Origin: Nitrososphaeraceae archaeon
GTDB taxonomy: Archaea; Thermoproteota; Nitrososphaeria; Nitrososphaerales; Nitrososphaeraceae
Direction of reading: 5' to 3'
DNA: 64,000 bases
Assembly: GCA_044870765.1 (NCBI GenBank)
Contig: JBIOZG010000012.1
Location: 96,001-160,000, forward strand
The notes under the pieces: generated by a model
The model's database searches: none
Told to the model about the DNA's origin: nothing
What the model saw: the letters and a program-made list of their open reading frames with translations, nothing else
In this document: piece by piece, positions 41,570 through 51,927 of the stretch
Position numbering within the stretch: the first letter of the stretch is position 1
Layout of the letters: each line of letters starts with the position of its first letter
Made by a program: the position numbers and the translations under genes

Positions 41570-42344
41570 TATTTCTTAATACCTCTTTTGGCTTTTCTTT
41601 GTTAAAAATAATCCTTGATAACGCAGTCAGAATCTGAGGAGGGTTTTTGTGTTGGAATATGTTTCGCCCAAAGGTAACACCAACAGCTCCTGCATGCATG
41701 GCCCCGTCGCACATTTCTAGGATATCTTCGTCGGTGGTGGCTTTTGGTCCTCCTGCAATAACTATGGGAACTGGGCATGTTCTTACAACCCGTTTAAAGG
41801 AATCCCTATCACCTGTATAAACAGTCTTAACAATATCAGCTCCGGCCTCCGCACCAATCCGAGCTACGTGGGAGACTATGTCAACATTATACGGATCCTT
41901 AATGTTTTCACCCCGAGGGTACATCATAGCAATTAAGGGAACATTCCATTCATTACAATTGTCAGAAATTGTACCCAACTTTTGAAGCATTTCAGGTTCT
42001 TCTTTGGCACCTATGTTTATGTGAACTGAAATCCCATCGGCGCCAAGTCTTATTGCATCTTCGACGCTCCCCATCTGAACTTTCTTGTTTGGCGAAAGGC
42101 CAAGTGAAGTACTAGCAGATAAGTGTGCGATTAATCCCACTGTTGGAGGTCGTGGCAGGGCCTTGATAATTCCTTTGTTTATAATAATACTTGTAACTCC
42201 TGATTTTTCACATTTGTAAATGAAATCATAAACGTTTTCCAATCCAGGTATTGGACCATTTGTTATTCCGTGATCCATAGGAATACAGAGCATTTTACCA
42301 TCATTTAGAATTCTCGAAAGTCGTATCTGTCTGCCTATAGCCAT
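41550..42344 (-). CDS. aroA': 2-amino-3,7-dideoxy-D-threo-hept-6-ulosonate synthase (DhnA-type aldolase)
   Basis: PMDHG, MMYPRG, GADIVKT, IAGGPK, GRNIFQH, and overlap with aroB'. Confidence 0.92.
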   Translation of the reverse strand: MAIGRQIRLSRILNDGKMLCIPMDHGITNGPIPGLENVYDFIYKCEKSGVTSIIINKGIIKALPRPPTVGLIAHLSASTSLGLSPNKKVQMGSVEDAIRLGADGISVHINIGAKEEPEMLQKLGTISDNCNEWNVPLIAMMYPRGENIKDPYNVDIVSHVARIGAEAGADIVKTVYTGDRDSFKRVVRTCPVPIVIAGGPKATTDEDILEMCDGAMHAGAVGVTFGRNIFQHKNPPQILTALSRIIFNKEKPKEVLRNIVSPKK

Positions 42345-42530
42345 TAATAAGTAAATAATTTTGATATCTGACTTAAAAGTATGTTTCTTTTTATCTTCGA
42401 TTTGAAAATGGATTATCGAATTGACGCTATAATGTTAATTACTCTCTTATCGAAAAATTATCAAATGGATGGATTGCAACTAGGATGTTTCACAGTACAT
42501 AATCAAAAATGACTAATCAGGAAATATATG

Positions 42531-42878
42531 TTATTTAAGAGCTTCGTTTCCTCTTTTTTGGGTTCCTATATCTATTGCCTCAGAAATTGCAGATACGAAA
42601 ATTTTTCCATCCCCTGGAGAGCCAGTGCTTACAGTATCTAAAATGGTCTGTACTACATTATCAACTTCCGAATCATCCACTACTGTAGACAAATTTGCTC
42701 TAGCAGAAAATTCCGAAACATATTTTCCTGTACCGCGCCCGGATTGGACCATAGGTTTTTCACCTTTGCCTCTGCCCTTTCCATCCGTAATTGTAAATCC
42801 ACCAACTCCTATTGCTTTAAGCTTCTCGTTTAATTCTGGAATCTTTTCACTATGAACTATCGCGTCAATCCGCTTCAT
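42531..42878 (-). CDS. glnB: P-II family nitrogen regulatory protein
   Basis: MKRIDAIV, GKGRG, T-loop GRGTGKY, TGSPGDGKIFV. Confidence 0.92.
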   Translation of the reverse strand: MKRIDAIVHSEKIPELNEKLKAIGVGGFTITDGKGRGKGEKPMVQSGRGTGKYVSEFSARANLSTVVDDSEVDNVVQTILDTVSTGSPGDGKIFVSAISEAIDIGTQKRGNEALK

Positions 42879-43198
42879 ATTTTCACTTAAATATATAAAG
42901 AATATAAGGTTTTCAAATATCTTTAATTAAATTAAGAATATAACACAATATGTCAATTCTTTGATATTATCACATGATATACGTTTTAAATTACTATAGC
43001 CGAATATTACTGCCCAAATGGCGATCTACTAAAGTTCAAAGAATTCAGACGAGCCCGATTGTGGTGTAATCAGAATGGTTGTAGTTGGTTACAAACTTAT
43101 CCTGATACTGTTTTTAATATCGATGGAGTGAATAAGACACCACACTTAACCTTTCAAATCAATTCTTCGAATGGTTCACCTGGTAAAGAAGTTTAGAA

Positions 43199-43864
43199 TT
43201 ATTTGAAAAGATCTATATCTAGAATATTTTCCATTTTGTAAACAAATTGATCAAGAGTATTTTGATCCACTATTTTAGTAAAGCTGTTATTGTCGAAACT
43301 CTGTACAATTGAAGAGTTATACATGGATTTTTGAAGTGACTGTTTGATTTCGTCTACAGAATCGGAAGTACTTCCGTTATCAGCCGGAATTATCTTACTA
43401 TTGTTTAAAACTCCGCTGGTAGTATTCCCCTCTATTCTTGTTTGCAGAGTATCTTGCACAGCACTCTGATTGTTTTTGTCTAGAGTAAGACTTGAAGGCA
43501 GTTCGTTTTCGAGGCTACTTGTTGATGAGTCATCACCCACCTTGGCAGTATCACTGCTTAGCATGTCAACAGTCTCTCCAATCATTCCATCAATCGATCC
43601 AGATAGGACGTCATTTAGGGTCTCAGATATAGAAGAGGAAGTATTTGGAATATCCACAGTAGGCGATCCATTAGGCGTAGTTAAGTTTGGCTGTATACTG
43701 GGTGCGGTTAAGTTTGGCTGTATACTGGGTGCGGTTAAGTTTTGTGCAGTTGTCAAGTTTGATTGCGCGTTTGATAGATCATAGTTGGGAAACATGACAA
43801 AACCTATGAGAGTTAGGACAGAAACAAAGTATAACCTGAAATTTCTCGACACTCGAAAGGTCAA
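43199..43864 (-). CDS. Secreted Ser/Thr/Asn-rich hypothetical protein
   Basis: N-terminal signal/TM, NLTAPSIQP repeats, low complexity. Confidence 0.7.
   Translation of the reverse strand: MTFRVSRNFRLYFVSVLTLIGFVMFPNYDLSNAQSNLTTAQNLTAPSIQPNLTAPSIQPNLTTPNGSPTVDIPNTSSSISETLNDVLSGSIDGMIGETVDMLSSDTAKVGDDSSTSSLENELPSSLTLDKNNQSAVQDTLQTRIEGNTTSGVLNNSKIIPADNGSTSDSVDEIKQSLQKSMYNSSIVQSFDNNSFTKIVDQNTLDQFVYKMENILDIDLFK
43680..43742. repeat. 27-bp tandem repeat (2.3 copies) within CDS
   Basis: GTTAAGTTTGGCTGTATACTGGGTGCG twice, plus GTTAAGTTT. Confidence 0.92.
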
Positions 43865-44246
43865 GAAAATTCCTAATAAATCATCAGGTTCACATGTTCT
43901 GTCTTCAGGGTAAATAATAGTGATCCTTGTATCTAAGAATTTCCAGATACTCGTTATTACTTTTCACTTTTTTCCAACAATGTACTTGAGATTTTAGTAA
44001 TTTTCTAGCATTTGCAAAGACATAAGGACATAACTATAGCAAAAACTAAATTTCTGTACGTTTTTTTAATTTCTCTAAAGCCTTAATCAAATTAGTTCGC
44101 CAATATTGGATTAATTATCATCAGATTAAAAGTACAAAAAAAGTATTAAATTAGTATCAATTCGAAAACTGGAAAAAAGACTGCAAGATACTAATTATGA
44201 ATATCGATCACAGAACAATGGATGTAACAAAAGAAATAAATAATTA

Positions 44247-44879
44247 TCAGTCCATTAAATGCCTGACATCTCCTTCCAAGATACCAGATTCATTATGAAG
44301 TCTATCAATGTGTTTTGAAAGCCCTTCTTTTGTATCAAAAGGAGAACCGCAATATGCACAGCTGAAATTTGCCTTACTAGAGTCCTTAACATATTCTATG
44401 GACTTTGTATCAATAATGCATACTGGTGTTCCATGTAGAACTTCATCTATGGATGAAAGGGCGATAGATTCCATTTTCCTCGAAATATCTTCACGTGATA
44501 TTATTCCAAGAACTGCAGAATACGCGTGTACCATTAATTGTCTTACATTGCGTTTGTTCATGATAGTAAGAGCATCTTTTATTGTATTTTGAGGATTTAC
44601 TGCTAGAACTGGAGACGTCATTATTTCCCTAAGTTTAATCTTGGAAGGATTTTTTCCCTCAGATGTTACCTTATAAAGTATATCTGTCTTGCTCACCATA
44701 CCTACTACTTCTCCAAGGTGCGTTGCAAGAACACTGCGCTGATTTCTTTCCTTCATCTTCTTTATTGCTTCATCTAAATTCCTATCTGCCTCAAGTATAA
44801 TTGCATCATTATTCATTAGATTTCCAACTGGCCACGAAAGGAGTGACGAAATGCTTTCAGAAACTAACGCGCTTGTCAT
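44247..44879 (-). CDS. CBS-pair protein with C-terminal C2H2 zinc finger
   Basis: Two CBS repeats (VGMVSKTDI, LREIMTSPV, LGIISREDI) and FSCAYCGSPFDTKEGLSKHIDRLH. Confidence 0.88.
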   Translation of the reverse strand: MTSALVSESISSLLSWPVGNLMNNDAIILEADRNLDEAIKKMKERNQRSVLATHLGEVVGMVSKTDILYKVTSEGKNPSKIKLREIMTSPVLAVNPQNTIKDALTIMNKRNVRQLMVHAYSAVLGIISREDISRKMESIALSSIDEVLHGTPVCIIDTKSIEYVKDSSKANFSCAYCGSPFDTKEGLSKHIDRLHNESGILEGDVRHLMD

Positions 44880-44975
44880 GAATATATTATTGGGAGGATA
44901 TATTTATATATATCCACAATCATGGGCACTGAATAGTAGTCACAACCTGTAACATTGGCACCACAACAAATGATC

Positions 44976-45251
44976 TTATGTTCTTATTTCGTTGGCTTTG
45001 ACCCTTTTTGGTTTAACCTTTGCGGTGTTCTTTGGGGTCACTGTTTTTAAGAAAGCCTTAAGTTGGTCAACATTTCCTTCATGACTACTTTTTCTAAAAG
45101 GATCAATTGGTATGTTTATTTTTCGAGCTATACGGATATCCGTTACCCCTGATTGTATTAATTCATTCTTAGAATATCCTCTCGCATCTCTGGAAAATAC
45201 CTTTCCATTGCTTACTGTTTTTACGATTCCACGCTTTATGGCATCCTTCAT
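44976..45251 (-). CDS. rpl13e: 50S ribosomal protein L13e
   Basis: RDARGYSKNEL..SG...AR...IPIDPFRKS...NVDQLK matches the L13e pattern. Confidence 0.8.
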   Translation of the reverse strand: MKDAIKRGIVKTVSNGKVFSRDARGYSKNELIQSGVTDIRIARKINIPIDPFRKSSHEGNVDQLKAFLKTVTPKNTAKVKPKRVKANEIRT

Positions 45252-45435
45252 AATCTACGAAATTCAGAGATCTAGATTAAAAGGTTCCTGTAAAAAAAAA
45301 TCTACCTACTCTATCGACTCAATTTCACAGCTTTCTCTGATGCCTCAGACTACGATTAATCTCAAATCGATGATGACGACTTTTTGAATAAAATATATTA
45401 TGTTTCCAAAAATCATTTTGGTCAAGGAGCTGAGC

Positions 45436-45510
45436 GCCGGGGTAGCTCAGCTTGGTCAGAGCGTTCGACTCATAATCGAAAGGCCGCGGGCTCAAGTCCC
45501 GCCTCCGGCA
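45436..45510 (+). tRNA. tRNA with CAT anticodon, probably elongator tRNA-Met, intron-less, CCA not encoded
   Basis: Acceptor GCCGGGG/CTCCGGC-A, D arm GCTC/GAGC, anticodon arm TTCGA-CTCATAA-TCGAA, T arm GCGGG-CTCAAGT-CCCGC. Confidence 0.93.
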
Positions 45511-45588
45511 CGTAATATAGAAATTACAAATCCGCATTACACTGCAAAAATAAACAGATATTTATGCCATCTATTTTTTAAAAGTTAG

Positions 45589-46233
45589 TTGTCAATTACA
45601 TTTGAAATTCTCAAGCCAATTATTGATTTTGTAATTTCAATTATCTCGGGTCTGGGATACCCAGGAATTTTTCTGTTGATGATCTTGGAGAGCGCCCTAA
45701 TTCCTATACCAAGTGAAATTATTATGCCTTTTTCAGGTTTTCTCGTTAGCAAAGGGACATTTGATCCCATAAGTGTGGTACTAGCTGGAACATTCGGAAA
45801 TCTGGTTGGGTCTATTCTGACGTATTACTTGGGAATAAAGGCAGGAAGGGCGTTCATATTAAAATATGGAAAATATATACTGTTTAAGAAAAGCCATCTT
45901 GAATTTACCGAGGAATTGTTTGAAAAATATGGCGATAAAATTTCATTCTTTTGTAGGTTGTTACCCGCAGTAAGAACTTATATTTCTCTACCGTGTGGTG
46001 TTGGTAAAGCAAACTTTGTTAAATTCTCGATTTATACATTTTTAGGATCCCTTATTTGGAATTCAATGTTAACTTATGTAGGCATATTATTGGGAAATAA
46101 CTGGAAGAATATTGACAAATATGCAATATACCTAGATATAGTAGCAGCCTGTATAATAGTAGGTTTTATCATATGGTTCGTAGTAATGGTTCGAAGAAGA
46201 AATAAAAGTCGCCAGGAAAATGAAATTTCATGA
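45589..46233 (+). CDS. DedA family membrane protein
   Basis: LESALIPIPSEIIMPFSG, FEKYG, RLLPAVRTYISLPCG. Confidence 0.93.
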   Translation: MSITFEILKPIIDFVISIISGLGYPGIFLLMILESALIPIPSEIIMPFSGFLVSKGTFDPISVVLAGTFGNLVGSILTYYLGIKAGRAFILKYGKYILFKKSHLEFTEELFEKYGDKISFFCRLLPAVRTYISLPCGVGKANFVKFSIYTFLGSLIWNSMLTYVGILLGNNWKNIDKYAIYLDIVAACIIVGFIIWFVVMVRRRNKSRQENEIS

Positions 46234-46336
46234 ATATCAGCATATAATTAAATCCATGTTTCAAGAACCGTGTCCATTATTTTCTACAGATTGATTTATG
46301 TGCAATTATATTATTATCATATATTGTAAATAATTA

Positions 46337-46852
46337 ATGAATATAGGCATAATATCCGATACGCATGATGACTTGTCAAGTCTAAAAAACGCAATAAAGT
46401 CCTTTAATGAAAGAAGGGCAGATTATGTAATCCATGCGGGAGATTATGTTTTCCCAGGTGTAGTAAAGCAATTCAAGAACTTCAATGGAAAACTTGTAGG
46501 AGTACTCGGAAACAATGATGGTGAAAAATTGGGATTATTGAGAAATTTTCAAGAAATAGGAGGAGAACTATACGGAGAATTTGGCGATCTTCGATTAGAT
46601 GGACTGAGAATTGCGATATATCATGGTACAAATGACAAGGTTACTGAAGCCTTAATCACATGTCAATTGTATGATTTGGTCATTTATGGGCATACCCATA
46701 AGAAACGGGAAGATAAAATACAGAATACATTAGTATTGAACCCGGGTTGCGCACACAAAGACTTTCCAAATATAGATGGAAATATTGAAGCAGAACCGTC
46801 TATTATAATATTCAATACTTTTGATAAATCTTATCAATTTGTCCATTTGTAA
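46337..46852 (+). CDS. YfcE/MJ0936-type metallophosphoesterase
   Basis: ISDTHD, HAGD, GNND, YHG, GHTH, NPG. Confidence 0.92.
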   Translation: MNIGIISDTHDDLSSLKNAIKSFNERRADYVIHAGDYVFPGVVKQFKNFNGKLVGVLGNNDGEKLGLLRNFQEIGGELYGEFGDLRLDGLRIAIYHGTNDKVTEALITCQLYDLVIYGHTHKKREDKIQNTLVLNPGCAHKDFPNIDGNIEAEPSIIIFNTFDKSYQFVHL

Positions 46853-46922
46853 TTCTTCAATGTACGATATCTTTCTTAGTAAAGTTTGTTTAAAGTTCGT
46901 TAAAAATTTTTGGTATCTAAAT

Positions 46923-47315
46923 CTATCCCTTAATTCGGGTTATTTTTACCCTTTCAAGTACCTTCCAATATTCAACTTCTGCCCCTTGAACAATTTTTTC
47001 TCTGATTTCATCTTCTACAGATGAAGTTTCGAACATTTCAAATGTTTCGAGATCCATGACTTGATAAATCTGTCCAGAAATGGAAATAATTTGACCGTTT
47101 CTCTTGTCTATCAACGGGACATCCACACCGGCTGAAACAGGTGAGACCAAGCTATGCTTTGAGCCATCGAAAACTGAAATGGCAGAAACCCTTGCTTTTG
47201 CTGAACCATGTTTCCCGGGTTTACTATGATCGTATGACACTATTCTACACGGTTCATTATCAATAATAATGTAGGAACCTACTTTCAGACTCCCTAAATC
47301 CATTGGTTTGCTCAA
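46923..47315 (-). CDS. eif5a: Translation factor aIF-5A
   Basis: Hypusine motif SKPGKHGSAKAR. Confidence 0.97.
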   Translation of the reverse strand: MSKPMDLGSLKVGSYIIIDNEPCRIVSYDHSKPGKHGSAKARVSAISVFDGSKHSLVSPVSAGVDVPLIDKRNGQIISISGQIYQVMDLETFEMFETSSVEDEIREKIVQGAEVEYWKVLERVKITRIKG

Positions 47316-47372
47316 TATTGGTCGAAAAAATAGAAAATAACTTCATATTTAACGGTTCTGATCGGAACTATA

Positions 47373-47978
47373 CTATCGTAGTTTTTCCAAAATAGAGAAG
47401 CTTACAAGATTAATGAGGGGAATCCCTTTTCTTGCAACATCCTTTCGTGTCTTTTCGCAATAATTCTGATCACTTTGGTGACTCTTCTTACCTTCAACTT
47501 CCAAAATAATAATGTTATCTGAATGTGGGAAAATAAAAGGTAATTTTTTGTTAAGTATAAATTTTAGATTTCCCAAATTTGCGCTCACGACCATATCCCT
47601 TCTTGCCAGAATACCCGCAATATCTCTTACCTCCTGATTGTCTTGGTCGTACCTTGTATAATAAATTGAAAGGTAACTAACTTTTTCATGATATTTTTCG
47701 AATAGTTCTGTTTCATTACTGAATAGAAAGAGGGAGCTGTTGGGACTCTGATATTTTGAAATCCCTTGTACTATTTTGTCCAGTCCATCATATTTTACGA
47801 GTATATAGTGATTTGAATTATTAGGAAAATACGGTTTACTTTCAAATGCAAATGTGGCTGTAGCAAAGTACAAATCTATGACGACGTCGCAATCCTTCCA
47901 GTACTCAATTAAACTTTGAGCATTGTTATCTCTAGGGTAGCATATATAGCCACGAGAAGCAATTGTAATATCACTCAA
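47373..47978 (-). CDS. Hypothetical protein
   Basis: 201-aa ORF upstream of aIF-5A on the same strand. Confidence 0.7.
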   Translation of the reverse strand: MSDITIASRGYICYPRDNNAQSLIEYWKDCDVVIDLYFATATFAFESKPYFPNNSNHYILVKYDGLDKIVQGISKYQSPNSSLFLFSNETELFEKYHEKVSYLSIYYTRYDQDNQEVRDIAGILARRDMVVSANLGNLKFILNKKLPFIFPHSDNIIILEVEGKKSHQSDQNYCEKTRKDVARKGIPLINLVSFSILEKLR

Positions 47979-48090
47979 TTCTACAATCGTAATTGGAGAG
48001 GAGTATTTATACCATTTTTTTATTATTCTAGATTATTCTAGTTGAACATTTTCTAGTTCAAAATGTAGAAATTCGAGTACTAATCCGTAA

Positions 48091-48960
48091 TTATTTTGTA
48101 CTTTGTGCCGTATGCCATAAGGCAGAATCAAGGTTTTTAATTCTCAACAAATAGAATGGCATAACAAGATAGCAAATGCAGGCAGAAATTGCTCCAATTG
48201 GATTTCTCAAAGCTGTGTGAATAAATTCAATAACAGATGTCTTTAGTGTTAGTCCGTACTTTGCTTCGTAACCAAGCTTTTTTATCTGACTATGTCCTTT
48301 TATGGCCCTTAACACCTGAGAACAAAAATCAATAAAAGTCCTTGCTGGTTTGAACATGACAATTGCGTTGGGATTAAAGACTACTTCATAACCCATGTTC
48401 GTTACTTGACTTTGTATGTAAAGATCTATTGCTATGAGGTTCTCAGGTATCGTTATTTTTTTAGCAATATCAGATCGTATCGACAATCCTCTTCCCATTA
48501 CAGTGTATTCGGATAGTTGCTTTTTTCTTATTGAGGCCAACCAATCGCTGATAAAAATCGTGCCTTTCGCTGGAATTCCAATATTTCGAATAGGTCTCGG
48601 ATTGGAAGCGCATATTCCAATATTATTGTTGATCTTGTTAACCAGTTCAGAGATACAATTTGGATTTGGTACGACATCTGCATCATATAGCACAATTATT
48701 TCGCCCTTTGCATTTTGTATAATATTGTTCCAGGCACTTGCTGCTCCTCTCCTACTATCGTTATGAAGAAAGATTATCTTTTCAGTATTATTCTCCATGA
48801 ATTTTTTTACAATATTTGGAGTCTCATCTGTTGAATCATCAGATACAATAATTTCGCAGAGTTCAACTGAATCTAGCATTGAGTTGATTACACTTTCCAA
48901 TATTGTGACAATATTTTTTCCTTCGTTGTACGATGGAATCCCAACAGATACCGTTTTCAA
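48091..48960 (-). CDS. Glycosyltransferase family 2
   Basis: GIPSYNE, DDSTD, YDAD, Q-x2-R motif. Confidence 0.9.
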   Translation of the reverse strand: MKTVSVGIPSYNEGKNIVTILESVINSMLDSVELCEIIVSDDSTDETPNIVKKFMENNTEKIIFLHNDSRRGAASAWNNIIQNAKGEIIVLYDADVVPNPNCISELVNKINNNIGICASNPRPIRNIGIPAKGTIFISDWLASIRKKQLSEYTVMGRGLSIRSDIAKKITIPENLIAIDLYIQSQVTNMGYEVVFNPNAIVMFKPARTFIDFCSQVLRAIKGHSQIKKLGYEAKYGLTLKTSVIEFIHTALRNPIGAISACICYLVMPFYLLRIKNLDSALWHTAQSTK

Positions 48961-49090
48961 ACTTCCTTAGTTTAGGATGCAACATATTTTATTCTTCAGA
49001 TGCGCGAAGCATAAGGAATCAGAGAATACACTTGTAATGCCTTAATCAATCAAATATGAATATATTTACAAAAAAATCATAAGGTAATAT

Positions 49091-50014
49091 TTGACAATTC
49101 AAGACGCCTATAGCAAGTCTCTTATCAAAACGAGTAATCTCATTACTCCAATTATCATAGGAACAAACTCGTCTTCTAGTAACGCTGGACTTCAGGTTAT
49201 GACTGATAGAGACCTGATAAATCGACTTGAAAGAATTCTGTCTCTCAACATTGACAAGATAATCATATTTGGCGTGCCCCCTTTAGATGATTCAAATGGA
49301 ACACAAGCATTGCAGAAAAACGGTGTAATTCAAAACAGCCTGAAAATAATACGAGACAGCTTTGATAAGAAAATTCAAGTAATAGCTGATGTCTGTATTT
49401 GTCAGTATAACTTATCAGGTCACTGTGGAATTGTTAATCAAAATAACTATCCAGATAACGATAAGACCTTGAAACTGATGTCAAGGATTGCCCTAAGTTA
49501 CGCTGAATCTGGTGCGGATATGCTTGCACCCTCTTCGATGATGGATGGATTGGTGTTATCAATTAGGAACAAACTAAACTTAAAGGGATATAGAGAAACC
49601 AAAATAATGTCATTCTCAAAACAATTTTCTAGTCTTTACTCGCCGTTTAGATTGACTGCATACAAGAAAGTTTCCAAAATTGACAAATCCAATTATCAAA
49701 TAGGTTATGCTAATTCAAGAGAAATTTTAAGAAAAGTAGAATTGGATTATAGCGAAGGAGCCGATGTTATAACCATAAAGCCTTCCATGGCTAATCTGGA
49801 TATAATAAGTAGAATTCGTGAAAGAGTGGGTTGCAGGATAGCTGTTCAACATGTATCTGGCGAATACGCCATGCTAAAAGCCGCGTCACGCAATAACCTG
49901 ATTAATGAGTATGATTGGCTTTTGGGATATTTTGCTTGTATGGCTAGATCAGGAGCAGATTTTATTATAACCTATGAATCCGAGGATATAGCTGAACTCC
50001 TCAGTGAACAGTAA
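49091..50014 (+). CDS. hemB: Porphobilinogen synthase (ALA dehydratase), Zn-binding type, divergent
   Basis: DVCICQY..SGHCG, APSSMMDG, YSPFR, EGADVITIKP, VSGEYAMLKAA. Confidence 0.9.
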   Translation: MTIQDAYSKSLIKTSNLITPIIIGTNSSSSNAGLQVMTDRDLINRLERILSLNIDKIIIFGVPPLDDSNGTQALQKNGVIQNSLKIIRDSFDKKIQVIADVCICQYNLSGHCGIVNQNNYPDNDKTLKLMSRIALSYAESGADMLAPSSMMDGLVLSIRNKLNLKGYRETKIMSFSKQFSSLYSPFRLTAYKKVSKIDKSNYQIGYANSREILRKVELDYSEGADVITIKPSMANLDIISRIRERVGCRIAVQHVSGEYAMLKAASRNNLINEYDWLLGYFACMARSGADFIITYESEDIAELLSEQ

Positions 50015-50107
50015 AACTCGATATTTTTAGTTCCTGTCGACCTATAGGACTAGATTACATCTTAATGTAATTTCTAATGTTAGTTCTTGATCGTTTTTTT
50101 TTGGCTT

Positions 50108-50494
50108 TTATCTTTTCAACTGGACTGCATTGACAAGACCGACCTGTCCTGGTCTTGATATTACTCTTGCTAATCCTAATTCGGTTTCAATTATGGTCCC
50201 CTTAGTAATTACTCCCCTTCTTTCGTAGTCTTTGTTAGCCGTATTCTTGATTACTCTCAATATTTTTGACTTTGTAGTTTTCTTTTCTTCGGAATTTGAT
50301 ACATTTGCAAATTCAACAGTTTTTAACGCAGTCTTGTTGTTATCTCCACGTACTCTTCTGGTCACCTTGATATTACTTCCAATAACCGCCTCATTTGGAT
50401 ACCTATCTATTTCAAATTTGCGTCTACTGCGCATTGGTATTATTCTTCCGCCGGTGTACTTGCGACCGGATAAATTCTCAATAGATTTTTTCAT
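50108..50494 (-). CDS. rps8e: 30S ribosomal protein S8e
   Basis: GRKYTGG, RVRG, RRGVITKG, SRPGQVG.VNAV. Confidence 0.96.
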   Translation of the reverse strand: MKKSIENLSGRKYTGGRIIPMRSRRKFEIDRYPNEAVIGSNIKVTRRVRGDNNKTALKTVEFANVSNSEEKKTTKSKILRVIKNTANKDYERRGVITKGTIIETELGLARVISRPGQVGLVNAVQLKR

Positions 50495-50564
50495 GTTTGC
50501 AAGATAAGTGAAATTGATCCATATTATGAGGTTTTCTATTGGGCAAACACAAGACTGGAGGCAA

Positions 50565-51077
50565 TCATTTTAGAATCATTTTATTTTTCAGCACATTGAG
50601 ATCGTTTATTCCAAAATATTCTTGAAATTTTCTGCTTGTTCTATATATTTTCATCCTTCCCAATCTCTCTGACTCTATAAAAGAGTGAGCTCTAAGCTCT
50701 TTGAGATGGGTATAAACCTGACTTCCACGAATTTGGACCAGCCTCTTTGAAGTAATCGGCTGTTCGTAGGCAATAAACGATAATGTTTTCAATGCACCCA
50801 CCGGAATAAGAGGCTGTTGAGCGAACCGTCTTATTAAGGGCATATAGACAGGTTTTACTTGAAATACAAATTTATCATCATCAAGTTGTGCAATCTCTAA
50901 AGCAGTCAAAACGTTTTGCGTTTTCTTTATTAGTTCATCTAATATTTTGACCACTTTCTCTCTCGATGTTATTCCTGCAGCTCTCATCAAATCATTAATG
51001 GATAATGGTCTGCCCGCAGCATAGAGAGCTGCTTCAATTCTGGCAGTAATTTCACCGTCCGGAAGCGATTGAGGCAC
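50565..51077 (-). CDS. scpB: SMC-Scp complex subunit ScpB
   Basis: IEAALYAAGRPLS, LKTLSFIAYEQPIT, IRG, YRTSRKFQEYFG. Confidence 0.93.
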   Translation of the reverse strand: MPQSLPDGEITARIEAALYAAGRPLSINDLMRAAGITSREKVVKILDELIKKTQNVLTALEIAQLDDDKFVFQVKPVYMPLIRRFAQQPLIPVGALKTLSFIAYEQPITSKRLVQIRGSQVYTHLKELRAHSFIESERLGRMKIYRTSRKFQEYFGINDLNVLKNKMILK

Positions 51078-51101
51078 TTGTCTGTTACTAACTAGTCAAT
51101 G

Positions 51102-51794
51102 TTAATCAATGTTTTCGTTAAGATAAATCAATATTTCATCATCTTTTTGCTCGAGAAATATTTTTTTCTTCATGGCAAGATAAAGCATCGCAATAAAGCA
51201 TCTGACTGTTTCAACTGAGCCCATTTTAAGTGTAAGATTTTTAAATTCGATACGTTTGTCGGCAGTAACAATATCAAAAATCATATCCTCATAAGACTGC
51301 AGAATTTTCTCGAATTTTACTAAATACTCATCAAAGTTGAAAGTCTCGACAGATTCCAGATTTAGTTGATTTCTCTTAGGTTTCGGATTTGCCAGTCCAT
51401 TGATCATATTTTCAAGTACATGCAATAGTTCTTCCAACGTAACAGGATAAGTAGGTTCGATTCTAAATGGAATTTCAAGTGGCTTGAGATTTGGAATTGG
51501 TTGGATATCAACAACCTCGACACCTTTCTTTGTTTTAGAGATTTTTTCCAAACGCAAGATACTTTCTACTTTTAGCCGATAAATTAATGAAGAAGACAAG
51601 GCAGCAATTCCACACATTCTAAGGTCTTTTTTGCCACTTTTGTTGATCAATTTTAACAACATTTCCAATAGCAAGGAAACATCTATTTCCCAAACATCTT
51701 TTTTTGATAACACTGATGGGTTGAAAAGCAAATCAAGTGGCGGTTGAGAAATGCTTTTCTTTGTTGTCATATCCGCCTCATCAGCCTCAGACAT
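51102..51794 (-). CDS. scpA: SMC-Scp complex kleisin ScpA
   Basis: PLDLL, DVWEIDV, PVTLEEL, FIAMLYL, adjacent to scpB. Confidence 0.88.
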   Translation of the reverse strand: MSEADEADMTTKKSISQPPLDLLFNPSVLSKKDVWEIDVSLLLEMLLKLINKSGKKDLRMCGIAALSSSLIYRLKVESILRLEKISKTKKGVEVVDIQPIPNLKPLEIPFRIEPTYPVTLEELLHVLENMINGLANPKPKRNQLNLESVETFNFDEYLVKFEKILQSYEDMIFDIVTADKRIEFKNLTLKMGSVETVRCFIAMLYLAMKKKIFLEQKDDEILIYLNENID

Positions 51795-51927
51795 TTATGA
51801 GAATAACCCCGTTTAGATTATATTAATTGGTATTGTATAATAAATTTTAGACTTGCTGTAAAATAAAGCTAGGATTATTGGAACAACATTCAAAAGTCAC
51901 TGTTTTGTAAGATAAAAAAAGTGGAGA

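Noticed and set aside
33534-43742. Direct repeats at 33534 and 43680 as possible CRISPR repeats
   Set aside because: Only 2 copies each, in-frame within coding sequence, with no unique spacers of CRISPR length and no cas genes.
45325-45588. ORFs overlapping the tRNA
   Set aside because: These are artefacts of the GC-rich tRNA gene.
49091-50014. Divergent hemB as a possible pseudo-enzyme
   Set aside because: The Zn-binding Cys triad and both Schiff-base lysines (SFSK, IKP) appear retained, so it is most likely functional.
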